From Candidatus Roizmanbacteria bacterium UBA6242 (GTDB lineage: Bacteria > Patescibacteriota > Microgenomatia > UBA1406 > GWC2-37-13), in contig DJWA01000002.1 in the NCBI GenBank assembly GCA_002440905.1, forward strand, positions 192,065 to 256,064: 64,000 nt of DNA, in the 5' to 3' direction. Below are positions 61,431 to 64,000 of the stretch, in pieces; the stretch's first letter is position 1; each line of letters opens with the position of its first letter. The notes under the pieces were generated by a model, which was given only the letters and a program-made list of their open reading frames with translations, ran no database searches and was not told the origin of the DNA. The translations under genes were made by a program, and so were the position numbers.

Positions 61431-63746
61431 TTAGGCTGACACTACACCAGCAAATTCTACTCTCCCTCCACAGTACTTTATTATCATGTCTACACTTTCT
61501 TTGAGCGATTGTTCTACTTGTTTGCGACTTATTTCATAAATACCATCGATATTTAGTACAATATTTTTCGTTTTTTCAGTAACCGCCGTTCTTTGAGCGT
61601 CCCTATAGTTAAAGTAAATATTGTATCCGCCCTCCTTATCAAAATACGCCAGGTCTGTCGATTTGTATTTGGTTGGCTCCTTGTCTCCAAGAAGCAATAT
61701 TTCTTCCCCGGCTTTTGGAAACCTGAGGATTGTCGGCAATTTCAATTCATCAAGGTCAAAAGCTCCTATTGAGACTTTGTTTTTCATGACTATCAGATTG
61801 TAGGCGTCGACACAGGTATTTATTTCATAAAGTTCCTTTTTCTGGGCAATCCTCCTCAAGAGTGCTTCTGGCGAGGGTCTTTTGGAGTGCCAATCAAGAC
61901 CCATCTCCTTGTATAGCTTTCTGTATGTCTGGACTTCCGGGTAAGACGAGATTATTTCATTGGTAAGATTTTTTTGAGATTCGACGAATCTACTAAGTTC
62001 AGCTTTCAACTCCTCGTTACTTTTATTAATACTAACGTCTCGTATTACCGCGATACCGATATTAATAGTCGGATATTTCTTTGCCATCTGCGGGTCGATC
62101 GAAAATATCTCGGGTTTATCCAATGTGGGGTACAGATTAGTATCATCTGTTTCTTTTGAAGCCTTTCCCTTACTAAGAAGTGCGATTGTTTTATCTATCC
62201 CGAGTTCGCTTATCAGGTCGCCGGCTTTTGCGCCATATGGTTTTCCGGTCAGAGTTTGGTAAAAGACTGTGAATGCCTCACGCGGTTTAATCCCTGCTTT
62301 TTTAATCGATGTGAAAACCGCTTCTTGGATTTCGGATTTGTTTGTAGCAGTCAAGTTCTTAATGTTTTCCTTGAGATTTTTTAGAAATTGTGTCTGTAAT
62401 TCGCTAGCCACGAAGATAGCTTCTTTTGTACCTGTAAGTTGGTTGTTTTCCAAATACTGCTCCAGGTAAATTTTAGCAAAGACGACCCGTTCATTTAGCA
62501 GCTCCTTTTCCTCAGCTGTCAAGGGCGTTTTTTTTTGTTTCTCAAAAAAAGACTCGATGTTGTCGTTTTTGGCCTTTATAAGATTGGCGACAGTTCTAAA
62601 CCTTGGGACGAATAATCGTTTTTCGGGCAAGGGATCAACCGAAGAGAGTTCAACAATTCGGGCAAAATCCCCACTTACTTCGCCGGCCTTACCTTTAGGT
62701 AAAGCTTTTTCTATTTTCAAAAAATAAGCATTTAAGCACCGGTCATAGTCGTCAAAAAGATTAGGGATAGTGTCTCCATATGGATTGAAATCCAGATGAG
62801 TCCTTATCGGGGTCCTAACCTGCATAAAACGGAATATTTCCGGAGGCAGGATAGCGGACACTTCTTTTGCCGAAGACCCTATTCCCTTTGACGAGGACAT
62901 TTTCTTACCGCCTATGGTAAACCATTCATAGCCTCCCATAGCGTCGGGAGCCTCGGTACCTAATAATTCGCGACAAAGATGGACAGCCATGTCATACGAA
63001 CCGCCAGAGGACATATGGTCTTTACCTGACGATTCTATTGTGACGCCAATCACTTTCCAGTGGGCCGGCCAATCGAGCTTCCAGGGAAGCTTGCCGTTTT
63101 CTCCCTTAGGTTCAATCCGACCCTCGTATCCGCAACCGGCGGCCCAGCTGACCATCTTTTCTTCGCACCGGTAGTGCACATATTGCCCATCCCATTTATT
63201 TACTTTGGTTGTTCCGATTTTGCCGCATTTTTCGCATATTGGGTTATAAGGGAACCAATCTGGAGCCCGCTCCGCTTTGGCGACGGTTTTATATATTTCC
63301 CTTACCTTATCGGCGTTATCAAGAAAGAGTTTAACGATCTCGTCCATTTTCCCCGCCTTATAAAGTTCGTGAGACCAAATTATTTGTGGATAGCAGTTTA
63401 AGGAATTGAAGACGTTAATAAACTCCTGGGCGAAATACGAAGCAAAGGAATCAAATCCCGGTTCGGGAGAAGGTATCTTATAAAGAGGCTGACCCATGTA
63501 TTTTCCCCATTTACCAGAATCAAGATAAGCAGGCATCCCGTCCATCGGATCCATGTCGTTGAAGACGTACGAGAATTTGGCATTTACACCTTGTTCTTTC
63601 AAGGCTTTGTAAATAAGATCATGAACAATCACGCCCCTCAAGGAGCCAACATGAATACGACCGGACGGTGTCTTCATGTCGTCGGCCCATTCTTGAGGGA
63701 GATTTCTTTCTTTTAATCTTTTTGCTTCTCTGTCAACCCAGATCAT
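61431..63746 (-). CDS. lysK: Class I lysine--tRNA ligase fused to a C-terminal B3/B4 (PheRS-beta-type) domain
   Basis: 'PSGRIHVGSLRG' (HIGH-type), 'KMSSSKGIG' (KMSKS-type) and the Zn-type 'CEKCGK...YRCE'. The C-terminal 230 aa or so read 'YRKLYKEMGLDWHSKRPSPEALLRRI..KKELYEINTCVDAYNLIVMKNKVSIGAFDLD...NYRDAQRTAVTEKTKNIVLNIDG'. Confidence 0.85.
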   Translation of the reverse strand: MIWVDREAKRLKERNLPQEWADDMKTPSGRIHVGSLRGVIVHDLIYKALKEQGVNAKFSYVFNDMDPMDGMPAYLDSGKWGKYMGQPLYKIPSPEPGFDSFASYFAQEFINVFNSLNCYPQIIWSHELYKAGKMDEIVKLFLDNADKVREIYKTVAKAERAPDWFPYNPICEKCGKIGTTKVNKWDGQYVHYRCEEKMVSWAAGCGYEGRIEPKGENGKLPWKLDWPAHWKVIGVTIESSGKDHMSSGGSYDMAVHLCRELLGTEAPDAMGGYEWFTIGGKKMSSSKGIGSSAKEVSAILPPEIFRFMQVRTPIRTHLDFNPYGDTIPNLFDDYDRCLNAYFLKIEKALPKGKAGEVSGDFARIVELSSVDPLPEKRLFVPRFRTVANLIKAKNDNIESFFEKQKKTPLTAEEKELLNERVVFAKIYLEQYLENNQLTGTKEAIFVASELQTQFLKNLKENIKNLTATNKSEIQEAVFTSIKKAGIKPREAFTVFYQTLTGKPYGAKAGDLISELGIDKTIALLSKGKASKETDDTNLYPTLDKPEIFSIDPQMAKKYPTINIGIAVIRDVSINKSNEELKAELSRFVESQKNLTNEIISSYPEVQTYRKLYKEMGLDWHSKRPSPEALLRRIAQKKELYEINTCVDAYNLIVMKNKVSIGAFDLDELKLPTILRFPKAGEEILLLGDKEPTKYKSTDLAYFDKEGGYNIYFNYRDAQRTAVTEKTKNIVLNIDGIYEISRKQVEQSLKESVDMIIKYCGGRVEFAGVVSA

Positions 63747-63752
63747 ATGTTA

Positions 63753-64000
63753 TCATCTAGCGATTTCTAAAAAATTATTCAATATATTATACAGCTTTTT
63801 AAGTGAACTTAATGAAACCCATTCATTCGCCGAATGGGCGTTATTTCCCGTTGGTCCGATACCTAAAACCGTCATTCCTTTTGAGCCAAAGATATTTTCA
63901 TCAGCAACCGACGACCGGAAATACGCGACCGCTTTTTTTCCGGTGTTTTTCAAGATTGACTCCGAAAGTTTCTTCAAATATCTATTCTTTTTTTCGACTT
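63753..64000 (-). CDS. M20-family metallopeptidase/deacylase (ArgE/DapE-like), C-terminal part only
   Basis: 'VLGIGPTGNNAHSANEWVSLSSL'. The frame stays open to the window edge. Confidence 0.6.
   Translation of the reverse strand, partial: VEKKNRYLKKLSESILKNTGKKAVAYFRSSVADENIFGSKGMTVLGIGPTGNNAHSANEWVSLSSLKKLYNILNNFLEIAR

Noticed and set aside
1-64000. Alternative genetic code (UGA recoded, as in some CPR lineages).
   Set aside because: TGA terminates several conserved genes (rpsJ, rplX, rpmG) at the expected protein length. No conserved gene is interrupted by an in-frame TGA.
1-64000. CRISPR arrays, IS elements/transposases, integrases, prophage or toxin-antitoxin modules, and known defence systems.
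   Set aside because: No direct-repeat/spacer arrays are visible, no ORF carries DDE, tyrosine-recombinase, serine-recombinase or phage hallmark motifs, and no non-coding stretch exceeds about 190 nt.

Overview
Compact, almost fully coding bacterial chromosome segment with moderate-to-low GC (judged by eye). Its core on the + strand (14.3-31.7 kb) is a tuf + S10-spc-alpha ribosomal superoperon running tuf, S10, L3 ... L15, secY, adk, map, infA, L36, S13, S11, S4, rpoA, L17, L13, S9. This runs without a break into an envelope-glycan operon (GT2, two GT4, mannose-1-P guanylyltransferase, priming sugar transferase, DUF4012-like protein).

The flanks carry housekeeping genes: glyA (partial), glyQS, serS, class I lysK, recO, rdgB, two UvrD-family helicases, bcp and hsp20. 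They also carry many cell-envelope genes: two GT39-like proteins, a processive GT2, EamA, LCP, VanW, PBP1A, a sortase with two candidate substrates, and PilN/PilO-like proteins. One tRNA-Gln(CUG) was found by hand on the minus strand. I recognised no rRNA, CRISPR array, transposase, integrase or phage genes.

The missing L30, class I LysRS, tiny spacers, many starts without a Shine-Dalgarno sequence and the envelope-heavy gene content point to a Candidate Phyla Radiation/Patescibacteria-type genome. That assignment is inference, not proven. UGA is used as a stop codon, so this is standard code 11.

Most noteworthy observations:
- A class I LysRS fused to a PheRS-beta-type B3/B4 domain.
- A + strand islet (58.1-61.4 kb) with a divergent arginase-fold hydrolase, a structured leader ending in a terminator, a large GNAT fusion protein and DUF488.
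- Ribosomal operon rearrangements: S19 moved between S14 and S8, L33 inserted between secY and adk, and L30 absent.
- Adenylate kinase fused to a second P-loop kinase domain.
- An attenuator-like leader between S10 and L3.
- A sortase/PBP1A operon with a conserved juxtamembrane peptide shared by two of its proteins.

No database searches were run. All family calls rest on motifs I recognise in the translations.
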